Counted from the stretch's first letter, positions 43,594 through 57,662 are shown. The stretch: DNA of 64,000 nt from an uncultured delta proteobacterium (GCA_963696385.1 CAVOKF010000008.1:640001-704000); one strand, 5' to 3'. Numbers and translations: made by a program. The notes: generated from the letters alone by a model not told the origin.

Positions 43594-44855
43594 AGTCGGC
43601 ATCTCGCGGCTCTACGGCCTGTTGGGTGGCGCTCTGGCTTTCGGCGGCCGGCTGCTCGTCGTCCGCGGGCGACAACGATCTGCCGATCGCCGGGGCTCCG
43701 TCATCGACCGACGCCGGTCGCGGCACGGAGGCCTCGGTCGGATCCGACGCCTCCGCGGGGATCGACAGCGGCGGGTCCAGCCGCGGTTCGGAGGGCGGCG
43801 CCACCACCGGCAGCTCCGACGGCGCCGCGAGCTCCGATGCCGCCGGCAGCTCCGACGGAGGTACGGAAGCCGGCAGCTCCGACAGCGGTACAGAGGCCGG
43901 CCCCTCCGACGGCGCCGCGAGCTCCGATGATGCCGCCGGGGCCGACAGCACCGTTTTCATGGGACCGGGTCTTCCGCCGGCCGTATGCGGTCCGGGCGCC
44001 CTGCTCGGCACTGGGACGGTGGTCGCGATTTCGACCGTGTCCGACGGCCTCGACGGCGGCGGCGCGGGCGGCGACGCCACCGTCCTGGCGCTCGACGGCA
44101 GCGCCGACGACGGCGGCATCGGCGTCGAGGACACGCTCGATTCCGTCACACCCGACGAACTGTCGATCGCGTGGACGGTCGGCCACGGCACGACGGCGAT
44201 TCTCGAGTACGCCGATCGCGACTCGACCGCCGTCGCGTTTGGCGCCCCGCAGGTGCTCGCCTCCGGACCCTACGCGGTCGACCGTGCCGCACTCAGCCCC
44301 GATGGGCTGCGGCTGGTGCTCATCACCGCGGGGGGCCAGGGCTTCACCGAATTGATCCGCAGCGCACGCGGCGATTCCTTCGGACCGGCCCCGAGCGAGG
44401 CCGGCCTGGGCAGCTACTCCAACTTCGAAATGGCCTCATCCGACGGGGGCTCGGAAGCCGCGGTCTACGGCGATCCGGTCCTCAGCGCCGACGACGAGGC
44501 CTTTTATTACTCCCTGACGCCGGGCGGCGGCACGCCGACCGTCTTTCGCAGCGCGCGCCTTCTCACGACGGACGCATGGCCGCCCGGAGCCGCTCTGCGC
44601 GGATCGGCCGGCAGCCTTGCGGGAAGGCCGACCGGCATCTCGAGCGACGGTCAGACTCTGTTCGTGAGCCCGATGTCCGGGACACTGGACGTCCTGTGGG
44701 TCGACGATTCCACCGACGTCTTCGGATCGGTCGTCGACTTGGGCGCTCTCACGTCGGCCGCGCCCAACCAAGCGTGCGACCGGCTGTACTACTCCTCGGC
44801 CCAGGGAACGGGCTCGGTCGACTTGTTCGTGGCGTCGTTCGTGGCCTCGGACTGA
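43590..44855 (+). CDS. Lipoprotein with Ser/Gly/Asp-rich repeat linker and propeller-like C-terminus
   Basis: ATGA overlap with the upstream gene; lipobox AAGC; GSSDG repeats; ALSPDGLRL and ISSDGQTLF motifs. Confidence 0.72.
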   Translation: MKSASRGSTACWVALWLSAAGCSSSAGDNDLPIAGAPSSTDAGRGTEASVGSDASAGIDSGGSSRGSEGGATTGSSDGAASSDAAGSSDGGTEAGSSDSGTEAGPSDGAASSDDAAGADSTVFMGPGLPPAVCGPGALLGTGTVVAISTVSDGLDGGGAGGDATVLALDGSADDGGIGVEDTLDSVTPDELSIAWTVGHGTTAILEYADRDSTAVAFGAPQVLASGPYAVDRAALSPDGLRLVLITAGGQGFTELIRSARGDSFGPAPSEAGLGSYSNFEMASSDGGSEAAVYGDPVLSADDEAFYYSLTPGGGTPTVFRSARLLTTDAWPPGAALRGSAGSLAGRPTGISSDGQTLFVSPMSGTLDVLWVDDSTDVFGSVVDLGALTSAAPNQACDRLYYSSAQGTGSVDLFVASFVASD

Positions 44856-44859
44856 GGCC

Positions 44860-46680
44860 TCACGGCCCCACCGCCGAGGCGCGGCGATCGCGCATGATGC
44901 GCACCCGCTCGAGCGCAATCTCGCGGTGCAGTTCGAGCAGCTTCGGAAAGGTCGGTCCGAGCGTCTCGAAGAACGTTCCGATCGACTCGAGCTCGACCTT
45001 CCACTCGTCCAGGTCGATGTGCGTGGCCTCGTCCACCTGCTCGTGGGGAATGTCGAGACCGGACAGGTCGAGATCGCCCGCCTTCGGCACCCAGCCGAAG
45101 GGCGTCTCCTGGCCGCCGACGCGCAATCGCGCGCGGTCGACGATCCACTTGAGAACCCTCATGTTCTCGCCGTAGCCCGGCCACAAGAAGCGGCCCGACG
45201 GGTCTCTTCGAAACCAATTGACCAAAAACATCTTCGGCGGATTCACCATGCGCGCCTGCATGGCGAGCCAGTGGCTGAAGTATTCGCCCATGTCGTAGCC
45301 GCAGAACGGAAGCATCGCGAACGGGTCGCGCCGGACGACTCCGACCTTGCCGGCGGCCGCCGCGGTCGTTTCGCTGCCGAGGGTCGCGCCGAAGAACACG
45401 CCGTTCATCCAGTTGAAGGCTTGCATGACGAGCGGCACGGTCGTCGCCCGCCGCCCGCCGAACACAATCGCGCTGATCGGGACCCCGCGCGAGTCGTCCC
45501 AAAACTTGGACAGCACGGGGTTGTTCGTCGCCGGGGCGGTGAAGCGAGAGTTCGGATGCGCCGGCTTTTCCGTCGACACGCCGCGCCGCCACGGGCGCCC
45601 CTGCCAGTCGACGAGCTCCTCCGGCTCGTCGCCGTCTTTGCCCTCCCACCACACGTCGCCGTCCTTGGTGACGGCGACGTTCGTGAAGATCGTATCGTGC
45701 GAGATCATCTTCATCGCGTTGGGATTGGTGGTCGTGCTGGTCCCCGGTGCGACCCCGAAGTAGCCGGCCTCGGGGTTCATGGCATACAGCCGGCCGTCGT
45801 CGCCGATGTGCATCCACGCGATGTCGTCTCCGACCGTCCAGATTCGCCAGCCCCGAAATCGCTTGGGGGGAATCATCATCGCGAAGTTCGTCTTGCCGCA
45901 CGCGCTCGGAAACGCCGCGGCGACGTAGGTCGTCTCGCCCTCGGGCGACTCGACTCCCAGGATGAGCATGTGCTCGGCCAACCAGCCCTCGCGCCGGCCG
46001 AGATAGCTGGCGATGCGCAGAGCGAGGCACTTTTTACCGAGTAGAGCGTTGCCTCCGTAGCCGCTGCCGATGCTCCAGATCGTGTTGTCCTGCGGGAAGT
46101 GGCAGATGTAGCGGCGCAGAGGATTGCAATCGAGGGTCGAATGCAATCCGCGGTTGAAGTCGTCCGATCGGCCCAGCCGATCGAGGGCGACGCGGCCCAT
46201 GCGTGTCATGATGCGCATGTTGAGCGCGACGTAGACGCTGTCGGTGAGCTCGACCCCCACCTTGGAATAGGGCGAATCGAGCGGCCCCATGACGTAGGGC
46301 ACGACGTACATCGTGCGGCCCCGCATCGCCCCATCGAAGAGAGCGCCGAGACGCGCATAGGCTTCCTCGGGCGACATCCAGTTGTTCGTCGGGCCGGCCT
46401 CCTGTTGGGTCGGTGTGCAAATGAACGTCAGCTGCTCGACGCGGGCGACGTCGCCCGGGTTGCTGCGATGCAGGTAGCAACCGGGCAGAGTTCTCTGGTT
46501 TAGCGGCTGCAGGATGCCGTTCGCCACCGCTTCTTCGGTGAGGCGATGGCGTTCTTCTTCGCTGCCGTCGCACCACACCACGCGTGACGGCTTGGCCAGG
46601 CGCGCCATGTCGTCGACCCATTGGACGAGCGCAGCGCTGCGGGTGGGCGGGCTCCGAGATGGTTCAGTGAGCGACTCCAT
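44860..46680 (-). CDS. pckG: Phosphoenolpyruvate carboxykinase (GTP)
   Basis: [30 protein letters not shown] and HPNSRF motifs. Confidence 0.97.
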   Translation of the reverse strand: MESLTEPSRSPPTRSAALVQWVDDMARLAKPSRVVWCDGSEEERHRLTEEAVANGILQPLNQRTLPGCYLHRSNPGDVARVEQLTFICTPTQQEAGPTNNWMSPEEAYARLGALFDGAMRGRTMYVVPYVMGPLDSPYSKVGVELTDSVYVALNMRIMTRMGRVALDRLGRSDDFNRGLHSTLDCNPLRRYICHFPQDNTIWSIGSGYGGNALLGKKCLALRIASYLGRREGWLAEHMLILGVESPEGETTYVAAAFPSACGKTNFAMMIPPKRFRGWRIWTVGDDIAWMHIGDDGRLYAMNPEAGYFGVAPGTSTTTNPNAMKMISHDTIFTNVAVTKDGDVWWEGKDGDEPEELVDWQGRPWRRGVSTEKPAHPNSRFTAPATNNPVLSKFWDDSRGVPISAIVFGGRRATTVPLVMQAFNWMNGVFFGATLGSETTAAAAGKVGVVRRDPFAMLPFCGYDMGEYFSHWLAMQARMVNPPKMFLVNWFRRDPSGRFLWPGYGENMRVLKWIVDRARLRVGGQETPFGWVPKAGDLDLSGLDIPHEQVDEATHIDLDEWKVELESIGTFFETLGPTFPKLLELHREIALERVRIMRDRRASAVGP

Positions 46681-46740
46681 GGCGCTTCGAGCTCCGGTCG
46701 AAATTTAACCTATCACCGCGTGCAAGGCCCCGCCCGGGGG

Positions 46741-46884
46741 GTCGAGGTCGTGGTCGAGGTCGTGGTCGTGGTCGAGGTCGTGGTCGAGGTCGTGGTCGCG
46801 GTCGCGGTCGAGGTCGTGGTCGCGGTCGAGGTCGAGGTCGTGGTCGAGGTCGTGGTCGGCGTCGTGGTCGACGTCGCGGTCGAG
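46741..46884 (+). repeat. Tandem array of 24 GTCGNN hexamers (mostly gtcgag/gtcgtg/gtcgcg)
   Basis: Counted directly; intergenic between divergent genes. Confidence 0.95.
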
Positions 46885-46905
46885 GGTGTTTGCTACCGTT
46901 TGCCC

Positions 46906-47613
46906 GTGAACCTGCGTCTCGGCGGCGTCCGGATCGCGTTTGCGGCATGCGCAGGCGGGCTCTTGGCTTGCGCCTCGTCTCCGCCGTTGCCGACGGTCGT
47001 GGTCCCTGTTTCCCCTCCCCGCGACGACGGCGAGTCGGCCGCAGGGGGCGAAGGCGGGGCACGGCACGCGGAGGCGCTCGAACAGCTCAAGGTGAGCCCG
47101 CTCGGCTGGCGAGCCGATTGGCAGAACAGCCTGCGTCTTCCCTTGCCCGATGCCGGCCGCTGGACGCGGGTGAAGTTCTGGGGGCTGCCGAGTCTTGCCG
47201 CCTTTCGGTACGGCAAAGCCCATCATGCGGTCATCGGCGGGTTCGTCGTGCACGTCCCGGACGAGACCGCGCCGGGCGCGTGCAGCACGGCCTTCGAGCG
47301 GACGGCCGAGCCCTTGGCCGAGTCGTTCGACGTCGTCATCGCACACGATAGGCCGCAAGCGATCCCTTGGTACGGCCGCATCGTCGACATCGATTCGCTC
47401 GTCGCGACGGCGCAGACGCTCGCGTTTCACGAACAGTACGCCGTCGCCTACGGCGCCTACCCCGCGTGGCATGGCGCGTGTCTGGTCCTCGGCATTGCGA
47501 TTCCGGCCCGGGGCGATCCGGGTCGCGCGAAGGCCGTGCGCGACCGCTTCGTCGCCCAGGTGCTGCCCAAAATCCGCGTGACGGCGCGCGACGAACCCAA
47601 GGAACGCGACTGA
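46906..47613 (+). CDS. Hypothetical lipoprotein
   Basis: Lipobox LLAC-ASS; GTG start inferred downstream of the hexamer array. Confidence 0.65.
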   Translation: MNLRLGGVRIAFAACAGGLLACASSPPLPTVVVPVSPPRDDGESAAGGEGGARHAEALEQLKVSPLGWRADWQNSLRLPLPDAGRWTRVKFWGLPSLAAFRYGKAHHAVIGGFVVHVPDETAPGACSTAFERTAEPLAESFDVVIAHDRPQAIPWYGRIVDIDSLVATAQTLAFHEQYAVAYGAYPAWHGACLVLGIAIPARGDPGRAKAVRDRFVAQVLPKIRVTARDEPKERD

Positions 47614-47623
47614 GCGCCGCTCT

Positions 47624-48685
47624 CTAGGGTAGCTCGGAAGCGATCTCGCGCAGGGCAGCGGTCACTTGATCGAGCTGCGGGACGCTCGCGCGCTCGAGGG
47701 CGTCGGCGAGGCCGATGCCTGGGACGTGGGCGCCGGCGAGCAAGCGCGGCGCCGCGTGCAGCTCGTAGAAGAGCTCTTCGACGGTGCGGCGCAGCAGGTG
47801 CTCGCCGAAGTTGGTGACTTCCGTGTCCTCGTTCAGAAATAAGACCCGGCCGGTCTTGCGGACGCTGGCCTTGATGCGCTCCCAGTCGTACGGAGCGAGC
47901 GATCGCAGGTCGACCACCTCCGTCTCGACGCCCTCGGCGGCAGCCTGGTCGGCCGCCTGCAGGGCGACCGGGACCATGCGTCCGTAGGTGACGACCGTCA
48001 CGTCGCGCCCCTCGCGGCAGGTGTGGCCCTGTCCGATCGGCACGAACAGATCCTCGACGTCGGGCCAGCGAGGCCGCCACCGTGACCGATTGCCGAGCGG
48101 CGCGTCGATCATTTTGGAGAGCAAGCGGTCGTCGTCGGGCTCGCCCGGGATGCGTTGCCCGGGCCCGGCTTTCGCGCGCATGAGCGCCTTGGGCGCGAGG
48201 AACATGACCGGGTTCGGATCGGCGATCGCCGAGAGCATCAGCCCGTACGCGTCGAGCGGGTTGCTCGGCACGACCACCTTCCAACCCGCGATGCGCGTGG
48301 CCTGCGCGTCGAACGAGTGCGAGTGGTAGATGCTGCCGCGAATGCCGCTGCCGACCGGTGTCATCAGCACCATGGGGCAATTCCAGTCGCCGGCCGACGA
48401 CCAGCACATGCTGCCGGCGAGCTTCATGAGATCGATGGAGTTGAACGCGTAGTCGCAGAATTGAATCTCCGCGATGGGTCGCTGGCCGGCGAGCGCCAAG
48501 CCGATGGCCATGCCGAGGATCCCTCGCTCGTCGAGCGGGGTGTTCCAGGCCGTACGAATCCCCTGCGTCTGGGTGAAGACGCCGCCGAGCGGAGGGCCGA
48601 CGTCCTGGCCGAAGACGTCGGTGACGCCATGGCGCTCCTCGCCCACATGCAGAGCGAGACGGATGGCTTGGACGAGCGTGGCCAT
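47624..48685 (-). CDS. 2-oxoacid dehydrogenase E1 beta subunit (probably branched-chain)
   Basis: FGQDVG..GGVF, NTPLDE, AEIQFCDY, YHSHS and EVVDLRSL motifs. Confidence 0.9.
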   Translation of the reverse strand: MATLVQAIRLALHVGEERHGVTDVFGQDVGPPLGGVFTQTQGIRTAWNTPLDERGILGMAIGLALAGQRPIAEIQFCDYAFNSIDLMKLAGSMCWSSAGDWNCPMVLMTPVGSGIRGSIYHSHSFDAQATRIAGWKVVVPSNPLDAYGLMLSAIADPNPVMFLAPKALMRAKAGPGQRIPGEPDDDRLLSKMIDAPLGNRSRWRPRWPDVEDLFVPIGQGHTCREGRDVTVVTYGRMVPVALQAADQAAAEGVETEVVDLRSLAPYDWERIKASVRKTGRVLFLNEDTEVTNFGEHLLRRTVEELFYELHAAPRLLAGAHVPGIGLADALERASVPQLDQVTAALREIASELP

Positions 48686-49809
48686 CAGTGCGACGTGCCG
48701 TTGGTCCCGCCCAGATCGGTCCCGCCGTGCGCCGACGGCGACGGCGATGGCTCGTGCAACCGATCGCGGTCGGCATACACGTGTTTCCAGATGTCGGCGC
48801 CGCGAGGCTGCGGTTCGTCGCGAATGCGCTTGCTGGCTTCGAGCAGCGCTTGCGTGATCTGAGCGCGCAGATCGGTCATCGCCGAGCGCGTCAGCACGTG
48901 GCGCTGCTCGAGCTCGTCTTCGAAGAGAGCCAGGCAATCGCGCTCGTCGGGCACGTGGTTGGCGCCCGAGGCCGAGGAGTGGCCGTACAAGCGCGACACC
49001 CGCGCCTCGAGCAGGAACGGCCGGCGCTCTGTGCGCACGTACTCCATGGCGCGACACAGCTCACGGTACGCGACTTCGGCGTCGTTGCCGTCGATGACGG
49101 CGCTCTTGATTCCGAACGCCTTGCAGCGGTCGGCGATGTGTTTCTCGGCGTGTTGCTCGGCGGTGGGCGTCGAGATGCCCCACGCGTTGTTGGCGATGAT
49201 CATGAGACAAGGAAGCTCGTGGCCGGGCCGCGAGCACCAGAGCAGGCAGGTGGCGAAGTCGCCCTCGGCGGTGCCGGCGTCGCCGCCTTGCACGATCGTG
49301 ATGCCACGGCCGCCGGCGCGCTTGTTGGCCGTCGCCGTGCCGGGCGCCATCGCGAATTGAACCTCGATGGGCGACGACACCGGCACCACGTTCCAGCGGC
49401 GCACCGAGTAGTGGTTGACGAAATTTCGGCCGGCCGAGTACGGATCGGTGGCGGTATTTTTCATTTGCCGCAGGGCATCCATCGGATCGGCGCCCATCGC
49501 GAGCAGGGTCGCCGTCGACCGGTAATGCAAGTGCAGGTAGTCGAAATCGGGCCCCTGCCCCTTGTGCACGAGCAGGCCGAGACTCGCATTGAGCGCTTCT
49601 TCGCCGGGACCGCCGACCCAAAAGAAGCCGTCGCCCTGCTTGTTCATGAGAATGAGGCGCTCTTCGAGGCAGCGGGCGCGCAGCATCACCTCGTGAATGC
49701 GCACGAGCCGCTCCGGCGCAATCGCCCCGGCTTCGCCGCCGGCCAGCGTGCAGGCGGGCTCGCGAGAAAGCAGCGTCGTCGCGTCGGAGCTTCCTTGAGC
49801 CACAGGCAT
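48685..49809 (-). CDS. 2-oxoacid dehydrogenase E1 alpha subunit
   Basis: ThDP motif GDAGTAEGDF...NN; RLYGHSS. Confidence 0.9.
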   Translation of the reverse strand: MPVAQGSSDATTLLSREPACTLAGGEAGAIAPERLVRIHEVMLRARCLEERLILMNKQGDGFFWVGGPGEEALNASLGLLVHKGQGPDFDYLHLHYRSTATLLAMGADPMDALRQMKNTATDPYSAGRNFVNHYSVRRWNVVPVSSPIEVQFAMAPGTATANKRAGGRGITIVQGGDAGTAEGDFATCLLWCSRPGHELPCLMIIANNAWGISTPTAEQHAEKHIADRCKAFGIKSAVIDGNDAEVAYRELCRAMEYVRTERRPFLLEARVSRLYGHSSASGANHVPDERDCLALFEDELEQRHVLTRSAMTDLRAQITQALLEASKRIRDEPQPRGADIWKHVYADRDRLHEPSPSPSAHGGTDLGGTNGTSH

Positions 49810-49916
49810 GGATCTAGCGCGAGCCGCTCGCTCTCGAAAGAAAGGTAACGGCTGCGGGCGGCGTTATATTAATGAAGCCGACGCGGATCGGACCCGCACC
49901 TCAGCCGCCACCTGCG

Positions 49917-53597
<3,681 letters not shown>

Positions 53598-53665
53598 GGG
53601 TCTCCTCGGGATGCGTCGCCCAAAGGCGAAGGGTCTCGAACGGGCAGGCCGCCCGGGTCAAGGCA

Positions 53666-54487
53666 TCAAGCGAACGCGAAAGGCTCCCGGTCGGCGGTGC
53701 TGCACGCGACCGCCACCCCCGGCAGGTGACTCATGAGGCGTCGCTGCAGAGCCCCGAGCACGCACCGCTCGCTGGCCGAATGCAGCGTGCAGACGACGGT
53801 GAGCCCCGCCGCGACGGCCCGGAGCGCGTCGTGGTGGCGCAGCTCTCCGGTCAGCATGAGCTCGACTCCCGCCTCAATCGCGTCGGGCAAAAGGTCTGCC
53901 CCGCTGCCGGCGCACACCGCTGCGCGCGTGACCGTCCGGTCGAAAGGCCCCGCCACCAGCACGTGCGACACTCCGAGCGACCGCTTGATGCCGGCGACCA
54001 AGGCCCGTACGGGCGAGGCCAGAACGGCCCCCACACGCCCGAAACCCGGCGCCGGATCGGGCAATCGGAGCAGGCGGGAGGCCGCGTCGGCCGCGACGCT
54101 CGCTCCGGACGCCGGCGCAGCGCGCAGCGGCGCCCGGTGCGTCATCGCAATCGCGTCGGCCAGAACGTCGTTGGTGCCCCCGGTTGCGGCGTCGAGCGCC
54201 GTGTGGGGCGAGAACACGGCGACGCCGGCGCGCGCCACCTCGTAGGCCATCGACCCGGCGACGAACGACTTTTGGGCGGCGAACAGAATCGGGTGATAGG
54301 TCACGATGGCGTCGCAGCCGTCGCGCCGCGCCTCCTCGACGACCGGCTGCGTGCAATCGACCGTGAGCAGAATGCGCGAAAGCGTGGCGGCGCCGTCGCC
54401 GACGAGCAGGCCGACGTTGTCCCACGACGCAGCGAACCGCGTCGGCGCGATCGCCTCCATCGCCTGGACGAGGTCCGTCACCTTCAT
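53666..54487 (-). CDS. Nif3-like dinuclear metal-centre protein (YbgI family)
   Basis: WDNVGLLVG, YHP, HTALD, GELRHH and HSASE motifs. Confidence 0.92.
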   Translation of the reverse strand: MKVTDLVQAMEAIAPTRFAASWDNVGLLVGDGAATLSRILLTVDCTQPVVEEARRDGCDAIVTYHPILFAAQKSFVAGSMAYEVARAGVAVFSPHTALDAATGGTNDVLADAIAMTHRAPLRAAPASGASVAADAASRLLRLPDPAPGFGRVGAVLASPVRALVAGIKRSLGVSHVLVAGPFDRTVTRAAVCAGSGADLLPDAIEAGVELMLTGELRHHDALRAVAAGLTVVCTLHSASERCVLGALQRRLMSHLPGVAVACSTADREPFAFA

Positions 54488-54583
54488 GACGAGCCGAACT
54501 TAGCTCCGGCCCCGGCCACGCGTCGAGGAGAGGCCGTGGCCGGCCACCCGGAGCGACGCTAGGCTCTCTCTCGAAAGGCTGCC

Positions 54584-55063
54584 ATGAAGATCGCGATCGG
54601 CGCCGACGAGAAGAACGCGCTGACCGAAGAGCTGATCCGCGATCTGCGCGCCCGCGGTCATGGTCTGCTGCTCTTCGGCGCCGTCGCCGAAGGCGATCCG
54701 GAAGTCGACTGGCCGCTGACCAGTGGCAAGGTCGCCCAGGCCGTCGCCGGCGGCCAGGCGGATCAAGGCATCGTTTGCTGTTGGACGGGCACCGGAGCGT
54801 CGATTGCGGCCAACAAGGTCGGCGGAGTGCGCGCCGCGCTGTGCGGCGACGCGGAGACGGCCAAAGGGGCGCGCATCTGGAACCACGCCAACGTGCTCGC
54901 ATTGAGCCTGCGGGCGACCTCGCCGGCGGTCGCCAAGGAAATCCTCGACGCCTGGTTTGCGACGCCGTGGTCTGACGACGAGTGGAACCGTCGCCAGATC
55001 GACCGGGTGCGCGATCTCGAAAACGAACGCGTGCCACACCCGGTCGCGGATCTCGGGCGCTGA
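54584..55063 (+). CDS. RpiB/LacA/LacB-family sugar-phosphate isomerase
   Basis: MKIAIGAD, CWTGTGASIAANKVGGVRAAL and WNHANVLAL motifs. Confidence 0.9.
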   Translation: MKIAIGADEKNALTEELIRDLRARGHGLLLFGAVAEGDPEVDWPLTSGKVAQAVAGGQADQGIVCCWTGTGASIAANKVGGVRAALCGDAETAKGARIWNHANVLALSLRATSPAVAKEILDAWFATPWSDDEWNRRQIDRVRDLENERVPHPVADLGR

Positions 55064-55091
55064 TTTCGGGCGCTGATTTCGGGCGCCGATT
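55053..55091 (+). repeat. 13-bp tandem repeat x3 (tcgggcgctgatt) at the RpiB stop
   Basis: Read directly; the third copy has one mismatch. Confidence 0.85.
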
Positions 55092-55106
55092 TGGAAGCGC
55101 TCGGCC

Positions 55107-57662
55107 TTACTCGGCAGGGTCGGCCTTCGGCGCGACCGCCGTCGATTCCGCCCGGACGTGCGTGTCGATTCGCATGCCGTAGAAGCTGCGCCATACGAAG
55201 TAAAGGGCAATGGCGAAGCACACGGCCGAGACGACGGCGGTCGTGTCCCGGGCGATCGGATGCGCCTCGTCGTTCGCGAGCTCGACGGCCAGCAAGCCGA
55301 AGAGCGTCGTGAACTTGATGATGGGGTTCATCGCGACGCTGCTCGTGTCCTTGAACGGATCGCCGACGGTATCTCCGACGACGCAGGCGTCGTGCAGCGG
55401 CGAGCCCTTCTCCTTGAGCTCGACCTCGACCACCTTCTTGGCGTTGTCCCACGCGCCCCCGGCGTTGGCCATGAACAGGGCCTGGAACAGGCCGAACAGA
55501 GCGATCGAGATGAGATAGCCGACGAAGAAGAATGGATCGAGAAACGCAAACGCCAGAGTGCAGAAGAAGACGACCAGGAAGATGTTGAACATGCCCTTCT
55601 GCGCGTACGTCGTGCAAATCTCGACGACCTTCTTGCTGTCGGTGATCGACGCCTTCTCGACTCCCTCGAGTTTGATGTTCGCCTTGATGAACTCGACCGC
55701 GCGGTAGGCGCCGGTCGTCACCGCCTGAATGCTCGCACCGGTGAACCAGTAGATGACCGACCCGCCGGCGATCAGGCCGAGCAGAAACGGCGGATACAAG
55801 AGAGACAGCTTCTGGATCTTCTCGGCGCTCGTCAGCCCGTCGGTGAGCAAGACGATGATGGCGAAGATCATCGTGGTCGCGCCGACCACCGCCGTGCCGA
55901 TGAGAACCGGTTTGGCCGTCGCCTTGAACGTGTTGCCGGCACCGTCGTTTTCTTCGAGCAAATGCTTGGCGCGCTCGAAGTTGACGTCGAAACCGAACTG
56001 CTTTCGGATCTCCTCTCGCACGTTCGGGACGCTCTCGATGACCGACAGCTCGAAGATGCTCTGAGCGTTGTCGGTGACCGGACCGTAGGAATCGACCGCC
56101 AGCGTCACGGGCCCCATTCCGAGGAAGCCGAAGGCGACCAGGCCGAAGGCGAACACGGGCGCGACGTCGGTGCCGCCGACGGTCATCGTCGCGCCGAGGC
56201 CGAGCTGGCTGACCAGGTACGCGACGCCCATCAGCACCAGAAGGACGATGCCCATCCAGAACGCGCTGAAGTTGCCGGCGGTCAGTCCGGACAAGATGTT
56301 GAGCGATGCGCCGCCTTCGCGCGCGGACGTCACGATCTCGCGGACGTGGGCGCTCTCGGTCGAGGTGAAGATCTTGATGAGTTCGGGGATGATCGCGCCG
56401 GCGAGCGTGCCGCACGTGATGATGACCGACAGCTTCCACCACTGGCTGTCGTCGCCGCTCAGCATGGGGATGAGCGCATACGAGGCGGCAAACGTGAAGA
56501 GCACCGACACGAGCGAGGTGATCCACACGAGCTGCGTCAGCGGCGCCTCGAAGTTCATCTTGTCGGCGTTGCCGTAGCGCGCCTTGGTGATCCACTCGTT
56601 GACGAAGTAGCTGATGGCGCTCGAGATGATCATCAAGATCCGCATGACGAAGATCCAGGTCAGAAGCTGGACCTGGACGATCGGACTGCCGACGGCCAGC
56701 AGGATGAACACGATGAGCGCGACGCCCGTGACTCCGTAGGTCTCGAAGCCGTCGGCGCTCGGGCCCACGGAGTCGCCGGCGTTGTCGCCCGTGCAATCGG
56801 CGATGACGCCGGGGTTGCGCGCGTCGTCTTCTTTGATCTTGAAGACGATTTTCATCAAGTCCGAGCCGATGTCGGCGATCTTCGTGAAGATTCCGCCCGC
56901 CACGCGCAGCGCGGCCGCACCGAGCGACTCGCCGATGGCGAAGCCGATGAAGCACTTGCCGGCGTACTCGTGCGGCACCATCGTCAGGATGGCGAGCATG
57001 AACGCGAGCTCGATGCTGATGAGCAGCATGCCGATGCTCATGCCCGCCTTGAGCGGGATGGCGTACACGGGGTACGGCTTGCCCCGCAGGCTGGCGAACG
57101 CCGTCCGCGAGTTGGCAAACGTGTTCACGCGGATGCCGAAGAGCGCGACGGTGGCGCTGCCGGCGATTCCGATGATGCTGAAAAGCAGGATGAGCAAAAC
57201 GACGCCGGGTGCCTCACCCTTCAGGACGCCGTAATAGACGACGATGACGGCGCCGATGAAAAGCCACAGCAGGCCGAGAAATTTCGCCTGCGTAATCAAA
57301 TACGTCTTGCAGGTCTCGTAAATGAGCTCGCTCACTTCGAGCATCGCCTTGTGCACGGGCGCGTTCTTCAGCTGAAAGAAGATGACCATGCCGAAGACGA
57401 CCCCGAGCGCGGAGACGATCAGCCCGAGCATGAGCAGGTGGCTCGCGGGCAGACCGAAGAACTCGAGCGTGTCGATCTGGGCGGGCACGACGAGCGAGTC
57501 CTCGCCGGCGCCGTGGTGAGCGACGACCGGCACGGCGCCCGCCGTCAGACGCTGGGCAAATGCCGAGACGCCGAGCAGCAACAAGAACAGGAGCGTCGCG
57601 GAAGCAAGAACAGGCCGTAGATAACGGCCTCCCCGCGCGCTCTGTGACGAAATGGACTTCAT
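55107..57662 (-). CDS. hppA: Membrane-bound ion-translocating pyrophosphatase (divergent, K+-independent signature)
   Basis: GGIFTKIADIGSDL, EDDARNPGVIAD, GNTFKATAK and GDTVGDPFKDT motifs; many TM segments. Confidence 0.95.
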   Translation of the reverse strand: MKSISSQSARGGRYLRPVLASATLLFLLLLGVSAFAQRLTAGAVPVVAHHGAGEDSLVVPAQIDTLEFFGLPASHLLMLGLIVSALGVVFGMVIFFQLKNAPVHKAMLEVSELIYETCKTYLITQAKFLGLLWLFIGAVIVVYYGVLKGEAPGVVLLILLFSIIGIAGSATVALFGIRVNTFANSRTAFASLRGKPYPVYAIPLKAGMSIGMLLISIELAFMLAILTMVPHEYAGKCFIGFAIGESLGAAALRVAGGIFTKIADIGSDLMKIVFKIKEDDARNPGVIADCTGDNAGDSVGPSADGFETYGVTGVALIVFILLAVGSPIVQVQLLTWIFVMRILMIISSAISYFVNEWITKARYGNADKMNFEAPLTQLVWITSLVSVLFTFAASYALIPMLSGDDSQWWKLSVIITCGTLAGAIIPELIKIFTSTESAHVREIVTSAREGGASLNILSGLTAGNFSAFWMGIVLLVLMGVAYLVSQLGLGATMTVGGTDVAPVFAFGLVAFGFLGMGPVTLAVDSYGPVTDNAQSIFELSVIESVPNVREEIRKQFGFDVNFERAKHLLEENDGAGNTFKATAKPVLIGTAVVGATTMIFAIIVLLTDGLTSAEKIQKLSLLYPPFLLGLIAGGSVIYWFTGASIQAVTTGAYRAVEFIKANIKLEGVEKASITDSKKVVEICTTYAQKGMFNIFLVVFFCTLAFAFLDPFFFVGYLISIALFGLFQALFMANAGGAWDNAKKVVEVELKEKGSPLHDACVVGDTVGDPFKDTSSVAMNPIIKFTTLFGLLAVELANDEAHPIARDTTAVVSAVCFAIALYFVWRSFYGMRIDTHVRAESTAVAPKADPAE

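Noticed and set aside
46741..46884. CRISPR array, or poly-Val/Glu or poly-Pro/Arg protein
   Set aside because: Units are 6 bp with no spacers and no cas genes. The ORFs crossing it look like by-products of a stop-free repeat.
53598..53665. SAM/SAH/cobalamin riboswitch upstream of metH
   Set aside because: The gap is only 68 bp and I recognised no consensus; an Rfam scan would settle it.
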